64,000 nucleotides of DNA from Octopus sinensis (taxonomy: Eukaryota): the NCBI RefSeq assembly GCF_006345805.1, contig NC_043008.1:33356001-33420000 (forward strand), in the 5' to 3' direction. Position numbers and translations under genes: made by a program. The notes beneath the pieces are model-generated. The model searched no databases, was not told where the DNA came from, and saw only the letters and a program-made list of their open reading frames with translations. Shown here one piece after another: positions 1-11,362 of the stretch (position 1 is the stretch's first letter; each line of letters starts with the position of its first letter).

Positions 1-2246
1 GGATTTCATGAAGTATTGAAAAGAAATAAATTATAGACTGTTTATCATTTAGAAGCTGTGATAAAGTACTTTTGAAGAAGTATCTTTGAGGACCACTACT
101 ATTTTTGTAGTAGTTATTAAACTTTAGCTTAAGGTCAGCCCAGATCCAGTAGACATAAATAAAAGTATTTCAGCTGTGATCACCAGTCTAATTAAGAACA
201 TTATATGAGAAGCAACTCTACAGAATCTGTTAGTATCTATTTCCTCAGTTTGAAGAGCCATTCCTAGATATGAACAAGTGTTTGCAGTGTTGCAATAGCC
301 ATTTCTTATAAAACAGGGTGATTTTTTGTTCTTGTTTAGTCCCAGATGAGCTCTGAATTAACAAATACATAATCAAAGGTATTCCAGTCACAACAACTCA
401 TTTTGTATTTCAGGAAATGTATTTCAAACTATGAGTGGGACCTTAGAATCATAGGAAGTAAAATAAAAGCTATTTTTGATGACTTAAAAGTTGATAAAAA
501 TACCAAAAAAATGAAAAAAAACTGATAATAACTCTGTTACTCAATATTTTTGTTCATTAATATTTGTTAGTTTGAAATATGAAGGCATGATTTTAAAAAA
601 AAGCGTAGGTTTATTGAACTACAATAATGTATGGAAATATTCAATAATGAAAGCATTAACAAATGGAAGTATTCCACTGAAGAAACTTTCACTTTCTATT
701 AATCAATTATTGAAGTCCATTTCAACTGTCATTCAGTGGGTCCATTTCATTTTAAAGATGATTTGAGGGAGTTTGAGCTGCTGTTTCTAGCAAGATGAAT
801 GATCATGTGGTGGCTCATTGGCTTGGGCTGTTTCTATATAAATCAATGGTGTTACCCAATACTAGTTACCATACATGACATTGAATAATGGGTTTCATTG
901 TCATGATATCAGGAGAATCAGCGCAGATTTATTAGTAGATAATTTTCAACAGATTACTCTGTCACAACTATTTACATACTCTACAAGTACATATTCAGTG
1001 AGTCATTAATTCCTTTAACAGAAGAATGTGATTAAATAAGTCAGAGCATGTAAGTTATGTGAACATTGATTCCACAGATTTGTAGAGAATCAGCGAGTAG
1101 GAACAGTAATGTTTTATACTAACGGGATATTGGAAAGCAGACATCAGAAGTGGTGAGGTGCTGGACAAAATGTCTTCAGTATTGAATTATATTCCTTAAT
1201 GTTTTGAGTTTAAATCCCATCAAATCAACTTTGCCTTTAATCCTTCTGGAGCTGATAAAATGAATACTTGTTGAGTGGGAAAAAAATGGAGCGGTGGCAA
1301 GTGAACACAAAATAATCCAAATCAGTTATTTGGAGTTACTGCTCTTCTAGATGAGTTTGTTGGAAGACATCATGTTCATATGTTCCATTTTGGCATGATT
1401 TCCATGGTAGGTTACCCTTATTAATGCCAGCCACTTTACAGAGTGTACTCAGGGCATTTTATCATGGCACTAGTATTAGAGAGGTTGTATTGGCCATGCA
1501 AGACTAAAGTGTCTTCTCCATTCTACATTGTCACCTTTTGTTCTCTACTCATTCAAAACAAACAACTGTTTGGTTTGAGTATGCATGTGAATATATATAT
1601 ATATAGGAGATAAATTGTCCCACTAATTGTTATCAGGCTCCTTTTTGGGTGTGGTATGATATTCAAGATGTGATGTTGATTGGGAAGCAAAGTATCCAGT
1701 TGTCTATGTCTGTTGTATTGTCTGAATGTCCTTTCAGAAATTAGCTCTTTGCTATAATACTATTTTGTAGCTATAAATTATTATTTGTTTACTCTTATGT
1801 TGTTACTTGTAGTAAAAGGTTATTGGATACTTGGGGAGCATTTATAATTTTAATGCTGTGGACACTGCTGGATTGAATGATACTGCCAATGTGTTGAAAC
1901 CATAGTGATATCCATTTGGGAAGCTGATGAGGGGAATGCACATACATTGTGCTCAATTGTGAATTTTATTATCTTATTCTAGGATTGTCCTTCATTCTTG
2001 CCAAGAGGAAAGCATTCGTGGATTCATAGTCTGTCGGGATCACTTACTTTGGTATTGATTGGTTTTCTTCATAGGTAACCTAATTAGTCTTAAACAACAC
2101 TTGGATATTGGTGTCTAGTTTTGGGAGGTTCTGTGGCATATATATATATATATATAAAATTAAATAAGGGTAGAAATTGATATTAATCAATTAAAACCAG
2201 TGGCTTAGCATATTTTAAAAAATCCGAAGATTAAAAATTGTGTTAC

Positions 2247-2443
2247 ATATAAAATTTAGAGGACTGACCACTAAAAGTGGACAGCCTATATGCTAAACAT
2301 AGACGTCAAATCGCCATTACCACGAAGAATCTGTTCTCAAGAAAAATCTCAGCAAATCTCTGAGAACAGATTCTTCGTGGTAATGGCGATTTGACGTCTA
2401 TGTTTAGCATATAGGCTGTCCACTTTTAGTGGTCAGTCCTCTA

Positions 2444-2453
<10 letters not shown>
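2247..2453. repeat. Perfect 93-bp inverted repeat with 21-nt spacer
   Basis: 2247-2339 is the exact reverse complement of 2361-2453. It lies in a ~300-bp unit flanked by (TA)n. Confidence 0.95.
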
Positions 2454-2494
<41 letters not shown>

Positions 2495-4117
2495 TCCTAC
2501 TCATGCATGCATGGAAGATGGATGTTAAACGATGATGGTGATGAGATGATGATGATGTGTGTGTGTAGATAAACCACATGTAACAACAAAAGTAGAGCAC
2601 AATATTACTGGAAATGTGGAAGTAAATTTATTAAATATACTAAACATGCATTAAACATGCCATAGCTGACAAACAGTGAATATTGAATAAATCACTGTCA
2701 AGGAACTGAAGAGTTCTGAATGTAAGTGTTCCATGCCCATGTCATTTAGTGTGTGTGTGTGCATGAAAGGTCTCTGTTAAGATTCTACACTGGGGTATTT
2801 TATTTACAATCAAGAAATTTGATAAGCAAGAACCAAGGACATCATCTAGATTAATAATGTCAACAATAAAATGAGCAATGAAGGCCATGGAAAATGCACT
2901 GTACAGCCTTGAAATAATCACCTTCATCAAATAAGTCAGAAAAACAACTGACACCAGCCAGCATGCAATGGATATATCATTCAGAGCTGATTTTTTGCTT
3001 ACAAGCATTGTTCATTTTTATGTTAGTAGTCAGCCAAAGCAGATAAAGACAGTGATAAATTCATGCTGTAAAAGTCAGTTATTTTTTGGTGGATAACTAA
3101 CATCATTATGGGAATGACTATGAAATTTAATTTTGCAGTGAAAGTGTTAAAGATTATAGTTTAGATATATAATAAAAATGATTCAAATAAAAAATTTCTC
3201 TTCTCTTGATAAATTTAGACGCAACTTTCTAACTTTCTGGCAAGAAAGTTAGGACTATTTATGTTTTAAAATGAGTGAATATTGTTTGTAGACAGGGAAT
3301 AATTTAAGCAACTAGAATTTGTTTAATTGAAATTGTCATGAAACACAATTCAGTTCAGTAGGGCAAATCTGATATCTTAATCTAAATAATAATCTCTAAT
3401 TATTATCAATTAATTAAGATAATTATCTTTGTTTTTTGGTTTTCACAGCCTTGTATTTGTGTCAAAGTCTGCATTGTTAATATAAATGTGAACTTGTGTA
3501 GCAAAATATAAGAGCATTTCTCTTGACAGACATGAGATCATATTTTGCTAGTGTAACGAAGGACAGAATTTTGGATTGTGCACTCAACCTTTACTTTTAT
3601 TCTTTTTATTATTTATCTCCCTCTCCCTTCTTTAATTTTTATATTTCTAACATTTAAGAATCAGAATCTTTAAGAATTTTCTTCAAAATTTCTTCTTATA
3701 TTTCATGGCTATTCTAAATAGCTACCTGACAAATGGAAATGTTGAACAATTTAACTCCTAGCAGTGTTGTACAATTTTTTTACAAGCAAATTGCATTATT
3801 GCTAATGACAAAGGTGTGTGTGTGTGTGTGTGCATGTGCACATGTTTGCATGCGTGTATGCACATACATGTATGGTCATTCTCAAAACATATTGTGGCTT
3901 AGTGTTTAAATGCAATAATTACATTGGTAGATATATATGTGTGTGTGAATATATATATATATCCCGAAACATAGGTACACGAATATCAGAGTAACATTAT
4001 CTACAGAAGTATTTTTTGAATTCTTTAACTGTTTGCCCACTTATGTTTGTTTTCTGTCGTATTTCGCAGGGTTTTTTGCTGGTTTAGTTGGTGTTTTAAC
4101 TCCTGTTTCTAACAGGT

Positions 4118-4121
4118 ATAC

Positions 4122-4192
<71 letters not shown>

Positions 4193-4218
4193 GTATGAAT
4201 GTATGTGTGTGTGTGTGT

Positions 4219-4255
<37 letters not shown>

Positions 4256-4285
4256 ATGCATGTATGTATGAATGCATGCATGTAT
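4118..4285. repeat. Compound microsatellite (CA/TA/TG/TATG); representative of dozens in the window
   Basis: Direct reading; others occur at 2450, 6967, 11137, 19803, 27070, 27596, 40421 and 54797. Confidence 0.97.
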
Positions 4286-4424
4286 GTATGTATATATGTA
4301 TTTATTTTAAAAGGGTTGAATGTGAATTTGTCCTTTAATTGGAGTAGTTTCCAAGAGATTTCTAACGTTTCTTCACACCTTACTTTTAATTTCCTGGTGT
4401 AAATTAGCGTAGATATGAAATTTC

Positions 4425-4946
4425 ATATAAGTATATTCAGTATATGAGTTAACTTACAAAACAAAGTTCAACAAATTCAATCATATTTTTCGTAATTGGA
4501 GAAGATTAGATGTTGATATGGATTGAAATTATTTTTATTTTTATTCATGTAACTATACGATCGTTTCATACAGAAGGACAATAAATTCATTTTAAGAATC
4601 TGGGTTGTCAAAAGGTATTTGTCAGTAGCAAAAATTAAAGAAAGGAAAAAAAGAAAAAAGAAAACAAAGCTAAAAAGACGTTGGAATTACATAGCTATTA
4701 CTATGTAATTCTAACATCTTTTTAGCTTTTTTTCCTTTCTTTAATTTTTGCTACTGACGAATACTTTTTGACAACCCAGATTCTTAAAATGAATTTATTG
4801 TCTTTCTGTAAGAAATGATCGTATAGCTACATGAATAAAAATAATTTCAATCCATATCAACATCTAATCTTCTCCAATTACGAAAAATATGATTGAATTT
4901 GTTGATCTTTGTTTTATAAGTTAAACCATATACTGAATATACTTAT

Positions 4947-4948
<2 letters not shown>
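4425..4948. repeat. ~250-bp-arm imperfect palindrome (fold-back)
   Basis: 4425-4694 pairs with 4701-4948 around a 6-nt loop CTATTA, with scattered substitutions and small indels; flanked by TA/CA microsatellites. Confidence 0.92.
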
Positions 4949-4987
<39 letters not shown>

Positions 4988-5502
4988 CACAGATTTCAAT
5001 ATGTTAAACCTTCATCAGCAGAGACTACATTGTCCAGTGTATACTGCATTTTCTTCAGGTGGTAGAGTGAGTTGTGTGAAGTGCACATGAACTTTAACAG
5101 AGTCAGTAGCTGACCAGAGATGAAATACAATTGATTCTAAGGATGAAACATAGCCTTTGGAATAAGGCATTAGGTATTTACAATACTAATACTAAAAATC
5201 TGAAAGAAATTCATATGACCATGATGCTAGTCTACTGACAGAGCACAGAAATAGAGACATCTGCTGAGTAGCAGCATGGCAAGTTTTAATCTTAAACTTT
5301 CTCTCTCTCTCTTTCTTTCTCTTTCTGTGTAATCAATTAATCAATGAAAATCTGTAAAATACTAATAGCAGGATATTGGAGGGAAAGAAATCCTGGATTA
5401 TGTGAAACATGCCACGAGTTAGTTGAAGTAGGATAAAGAAGATGAAGAAGAATGCTTTGAAGTAGGATAAAGAAGAAGAGTGCTTTGAAGTTAGTGGCTT
5501 AC

Positions 5503-5529
5503 CTTTATATCGGTCTCTTTGCAAATAAC
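5503..5529 (-). CDS. 27-nt coding micro-exon of the CARD gene, (G)YLQRDRYK(G)
   Basis: Strong acceptor ctgtttttcattttcttttgtaattttcAG and donor AAG|GTAAGC. Phase 1 in and phase 1 out; it continues the CARD exon frame without stops. Confidence 0.75.
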
Positions 5530-5748
5530 CTGAAAATTACAAAAGAAAATGAAAAACAGTTTGATACAACAATTCAGAGAAAATATTCTAACAAGATTTT
5601 CTAAGTGCTCAACAATTGTTGCCAATGATATGACCAGTCAGTGCCTGTGGTCAATTTCTCAATTGGAAGAAGTTTTGGCGGTTGCTCGATCTACAAGAAA
5701 TAGCAGCTAAATTACTCTCAAATCTCACCTTATCATCTTGAGAAAAGA

Positions 5749-5870
5749 AAGAGTATATTAAATAATGTAATCTTAGATAATCCTTTTGATACCAATCTGC
5801 TCAAGACTGAAGAGTATATTAAAAAATGTAATCTTAGATAATCCTTTTGATACCAATCTGCTCAAGACTG
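5749..5870 (+). repeat. 61-bp tandem duplication
   Basis: 5749-5809 and 5810-5870 differ at one position. Confidence 0.93.
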
Positions 5871-6670
5871 CCCCTGTTTCTACGATACAAACTTTCTATA
5901 TAAGTCATCTAAATTAAAATTCCTTATTAATTTATATTCCAATTACCAGCTTAGATATTTTACCAAATTCTTTATTATTTTCAAAATTAATTGAAACAAA
6001 AGCAATGTAGTTTTTTTTAATTTTTAAATATCTACACATAAGATAGTGAGCTGGAAGAATTGTTAGCATATTGGGCAAAATGCTTAGCAGTATTTCATCC
6101 ATCCTAACATTCTGAATGCAAATTCCACCAAGGTTGACTTTGCCTTTCAGGGTGAATAAAATAAGTACTAATAGAGTACTGGGGTTGATGTAATTGAATT
6201 ACCCCAACCCCTTTCAGACTGCTGGTTCTCTGCCAAAATTTGAAACCAATATTTATATAAACACAACATTTCTATTGTGATATGGATATGTATATAGAAC
6301 CAGACTAGATTTTCTACAGTAAGAGTAGTAATGCTTTTGTCTACAAAGCCTCAAATTCTATCTAACATTCAGCTACATTTTGTTCATCCAAAGCTGAACA
6401 CATTCTCTGCATCTTCAATTCACATTACATGGTCAGCAGAATAACAAGTTTCTTGCATTAGAATACATCTCGACAGATGTTCTATAGCTTGGGGCTCTGT
6501 GTCACAGAGATACATAGTGTTGTTAGAGGAGCTATATCCTCAGTGAGTGTTACTCTGGCACTATCAACACCGGCTTTCACTTAAGCCATTTCCACTTTGC
6601 CCAGCTTATATTCATCCACCAAAAAGCTGTTCACTTACAAATTCAGGTCACTAACAAATCTACATTGATA

Positions 6671-6725
6671 TCAGCTGGTTGTTTGGGAATTTATTCTTTT
6701 TGTTTGTTCCCAAACAACCAGCTGA
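6671..6725. repeat. Perfect 19-bp stem hairpin, 17-nt loop
   Basis: TCAGCTGGTTGTTTGGGAA (6671-6689) / TTCCCAAACAACCAGCTGA (6707-6725). Confidence 0.9.
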
Positions 6726-6991
6726 CCAACTCTGGTTACAATAACTTTTGAATAGCAATCATCTTGATATTTATTGTTGTATTCTGACTTTTACTCTGCT
6801 TTCTCTTAAATTCTCACAACTCAGATGTACCTCAGTTCTGATTGACCTAGTATTAATGACCTGGTACTAAGCACCACTACACTGGTGTTTATAATACAGA
6901 CCTATACTTCCTTATGTTTCCCAGTCTAGGATTCAATATGCAGTCTCAACCCAACATATATACCCTTTGTTTGTTTGTTTGTTTGTTTGTT

Positions 6992-7035
<44 letters not shown>

Positions 7036-7075
7036 GGTAGGTACATACGTACGTACCTACCTATGTATGTATGTG

Positions 7076-7222
7076 TATTTATTATTCTCATATAAGAATA
7101 TTGTTGACAGTAACTTTGAAGTTTTGGCCAGCTAAGCCACTGTCAGACTGCAGTCAATGGTTTAGCTAGCTGAAATTTTGAAGTTGCTGTGAAGAGCATT
7201 CTTGTTTAAGAATACTAAATTT
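7076..7222. repeat. Diverged ~70-bp-arm palindrome containing decayed hammerhead-like motifs
   Basis: The arms align when one is reverse-complemented. CA/TG differences reconstruct ancestral GCCGAAAC and TTCGAAG. Confidence 0.7.
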
Positions 7223-9469
7223 GCACTCTACAAAAGTAACTCATCAGATTAATGTAAAATTGCTTTTATTATAATGGAACATATTGGGTTGGATGGATCT
7301 GCTACACCACAGCACCCTAGCACTCGCTGTGGTCCCCTTGTCATCTTTGTGAGACTTTATCCTGAGATCAAACTTCACCACTTCTTCCATTGCCTTCCTC
7401 TTGAAGTGCTTAACACTTCTTAATCCAACTGTCTTTCGTTATACATGTCACGTGTTCATACCAGCACAAAATTCCCTCTTGCACATCATTACAGATTTCA
7501 AACGCACACACAAAAACACACAATAGGAAGTCTAGAACAGATTCAAACTCCAAACTCATGATTCATTAACCAAAAATCTTGGCCCTTTTGCCAATTAGAA
7601 TTTTCTTTAGCATGGCAACATGAAAAATTTTTTTGGTATCTTTTGACCAATTAGAAATGTCAGCTTGACCATTTTTTAAATCTTATTACTTTGACTCAAA
7701 CTTCTGTCCTTGTCATTGTTGTTGTAATGCCTACTTTGCCATGCTTTGCATGTGTTGGACAAAGTATATTGGGGCGGATTTTCTACAGCTGGATGCTCTT
7801 CTTGTTGCCAACCTGTATCTCTTTCTGAACAAGGTGATATTTTCCCATGGCCAGTCATGCTTTTTTTTACAGGATATTAGAAATGAATGACATTCGTTTA
7901 CAAGAGCCAAGAGATGTCAGTACGAGGAAACACCCCACCACAGACACATGTAAATATGTGCTTGAGAAGATACATCATGATAAGTGAAATCGTGGTTGTG
8001 ACCAGTGCTGGCAACACACAGAAAGGCACCCAGGCCAATGACAAAGAAAAGACACTTTTGTAGAGTGTTCTGTAAAGTGGTTGGCATTAGGAAGGACATC
8101 CTGCCATAGAAACCAAGTCAAAACAGACAACTGGAGCCTGACGCAGCTCTCTGGCTTACCAGTCCCAGTTAAACTATCTAACCAAAGCCAGCATAGAAAA
8201 ACAGACATTAAATGATGATACATACATACATTAAATTGTGAATGAAGCTGTTCCATGAACTGAAAATACCATAGAAATCTTTGATTTTTATTGATAGCAA
8301 TGCCTAAGATTGCGTGTTTTCATTCATTAAAGCCCATATGAATCTTGCTGGACAGTTAATTATCAAATCAAACGTTTGGAAGGCTTGCCAAATGTTCTAG
8401 GAAAGAGTGGCCATACTGTGGAGCTGAGGGAAATCCCTGACTGGAATGCAGTACAAGTTTGTGTAAATGGAGAGTCTGTCTTCAAATGAGGTAATGGACG
8501 GTTATTAGATTCCCTTTGTTCTGAAGCTGAAGATAAAGTCACTAAAGCTTTTTGATATTGAAAATAGGACAATGGCTTCAGACAGATGAATTGTTAACCT
8601 GCCTGAAACGTGAACTCAATGCTTTATATATATATATATACAGACACATACACACACACACACATACATAATGGGCTTCTTTCAGTTTCCATCTAAATCC
8701 ACTCACAAGGCTTTCATCAGCCTAAGGCTATAGGAGAAGACACTTGCCCTAGTTGCCACAATGTGGGACTGAACCTGGAACCATGTGGGTGGAAAGCAAA
8801 CTTCTTAACCACACAATGAAGGGGTCATTCAACAGTTGCTACCGAGCATTCAAGGGAAACATATCAGATGATACTACATTTTGTCCTCCCCACTCCCAAC
8901 CCATCACAGCACATCGGCTGCTGATGGTGATGTATGTCTAGCACTGCCATCACTGGCATAACCAGTCAACAAACATCAAATACCATCATCATCACGATCA
9001 ACAGCAACCAGCTAAGCCATGATGTTCACACACACGCAATCTTAACTCCTTGTCAAAAAACTTCTATCATCAAGTCACCTAAAGCTAACATCTGCCAAAC
9101 ATGTACATGTGTGTGTGTGTGTGTGCGCGTATGTGTGTGCATGCACATTTGTGTATACAAGTATGTATGCATATTTATATATTCTTTTACTTTTTTCAGT
9201 CATTTGACTGCAGCCATGCTGGAGCACCACCTTTAGTTGAACAAATTGACCCCAGGACTTATTCTTTGTAAGCCTAGTACTTATTCTATTGGTCTCTTTT
9301 GCCGAACCTCTAGGTTATGAGGACGTAAACACACCAACATCAGTTGTCAAGTGATGGTAGTAAAACACAGACACACAAACATATATATATATATACGACA
9401 GGCTTCTTTCAGTTTCCATCTACCAAATCTATTCACAAGACTTTGGTCAGCCTGAGGCTATAATAGAAG

Positions 9470-9504
<35 letters not shown>

Positions 9505-9507
<3 letters not shown>

Positions 9508-10448
9508 GTTTCTCTGTTTTTCCATGTGTATAGTTACGATTATACCTCTTATACTATTTATTTATTTATTTATGATTTGGCTGTGTATGTGGCTATGTAT
9601 GTGTATGGGTGTATGTGTGTGTGTATACATATAATTATGTATGTATGTGCGCTGGATCTGTGGATGTGCGTGTGCGTATGTGCATTTCTTGACTAACTAA
9701 CCGTAAAATTTCCATTGTGATTCAAATTTAAAACTATAAGCCAATCGAATCTATCTAGGAAAATCAATATCAAGCGGACAGATGAATTAGACTTATTGAT
9801 ATGTAGATGTCCGCTTGCTTTACATGGTACAATCATGGTTGTTATTATTATTATTATTATTATTATTAATATTAATATTAATTTTATTGACTTTTTGTAT
9901 GGTTATACATTTTAATGAACTGGACTGTTTTATATATATATGTCTGCTTTAAATTTAAATGTGAGTGTACATGTATTTCCTTGATGTTGGTTATGGAACT
10001 ATGAGTCCAATATGGAAAATAACTGTGTTTGTTAATGTATACTGATATATATTTTGTTTATATTGTATTAATGTGTATATATATATGTGTAGAATTATGA
10101 GTGTCTATGCACACATTTTTATATTCTATATTTTTATATTTATATGTAAATTTTTTTCACACTTATATTAAATTCTCTGAAGAGGCCGTGAGACATCCTT
10201 GTTAATGTCTCATTTATACCTGCTTTATATGGCTAATAGGTTAAATGAGACATACTTGTCTTCATGGCCGAAACAGCTGTCAGATATGATGTAATTGTAT
10301 TTTATATTTCTATTTCCATGTCTAGTTATATTTGCAATATATTATGTATAATGTCATTGCTGTTATGTAATGGTGTAATAAAGTACTGATTGGGTATTAT
10401 CTGATGGTTGATGATTGATTTAAGTATGTTTCCCCATTTTCTCATTTT
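9505..10448 (+). mobile_element. Probable Penelope-like element pseudo-LTR / non-autonomous remnant inserted in (TA)n
   Basis: AT-rich unit bounded by (TA)n on both sides and carrying the hammerhead motif. Hammerheads in pLTRs are an established hallmark of Penelope-like elements. Confidence 0.55.
10174..10284 (+). ncRNA. Type I hammerhead ribozyme motif (Penelope-like element type) with extended stem II
   Basis: Core CTGAAGA (10177-10183) and GAAA (10270-10273). Stem II GGCCGTGA/TCATGGCC; palindromic stem III region ACAGCTGT; cleavage triplet GTC (C at 10281); short stem I TCT/AGA. Confidence 0.75.
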
Positions 10449-10889
10449 GTATATATATATATACACGCTCACACACATGTATGCATATATATATATGTAT
10501 ATATTATTTTATTTTATTTTATCTAGTTTCAGCTCACAAGCTGTGGCCATGCTGGGGCACATATATATGAATGCATTTATATATGTATGTATGTTTATGA
10601 CATACTAATGATGCACTGCGATCAGACTGAAATTATACAATGTATAAAAATAGTTCATATGCATATATCGATACCCGAGCAATAGGTTGAGCTCTCACTC
10701 TCTCACACACACAACAACTACCAGATGCCACAGGTCTTATAATATCTAATATTAATAAATTCAATATCTGTAACATAATGTCAGGGAATTTGACAAGACA
10801 CATCATGATATTCCAAGCAAACCAAATAATGTCTGGCATTAGTTTTTCCATTTTTGATACAATTTGTTGATTGCATTCCTGACAGAAGT

Positions 10890-11131
10890 ATTCATCATCA
10901 TCATCATCATTTTAAAGTCTACTTTTTCATGCCTGCATGGATTGGACTGAATCTATTTTGCCAGATTTTCTATGGTCTGGATACCCTTCTTGCTGCCAAC
11001 CCTTACCTGTTTCCAAAAGCATGGTAATATTTCCCCATGAACAAACTGGTTTCCACAGATTAGAGATGAAGGACACTGCTTGCATAACAGTGATGCTCAT
11101 TTACAACAATCAAGGAATGTGAAAGCAAGGA

Positions 11132-11216
<85 letters not shown>

Positions 11217-11362
11217 ATGTGGTTTCTTTCAGTTTCTATCTACTGAATCCACTCATAACATTTTGGTCAGTCTGGTACTATAGTAGAAGACACTTGCTCA
11301 AAGTGCTACACGTTGGGACTGAACCAGGAACCATGTAGTTAGGAATGGAAGATCTTGCCACA
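10890..11362 (-). mobile_element. SINE family D (family B head + family C-like tail, internal (CA)n)
   Basis: Matches copies at ~7715-7950, 17278-17660, 26320-26660, 39447-40350 and 58470-59330. Confidence 0.8.

Noticed and set aside
1610-2137. Possible decayed retroelement coding fragment between (TA)n tracts (similar vague segments at ~13980, 30560, 48700 and 59860)
   Set aside because: Too degenerate to identify motifs reliably by eye.
2742-3008. 88-aa hydrophobic minus-strand ORF as the next CARD-gene exon
   Set aside because: No convincing phase-1 acceptor/donor pair; ends in a microsatellite.
4041-4402. HTHT/YIYI/VCVC ORFs here and at 11080, 19759, 27050, 54578 and elsewhere
   Set aside because: Translations of microsatellites.
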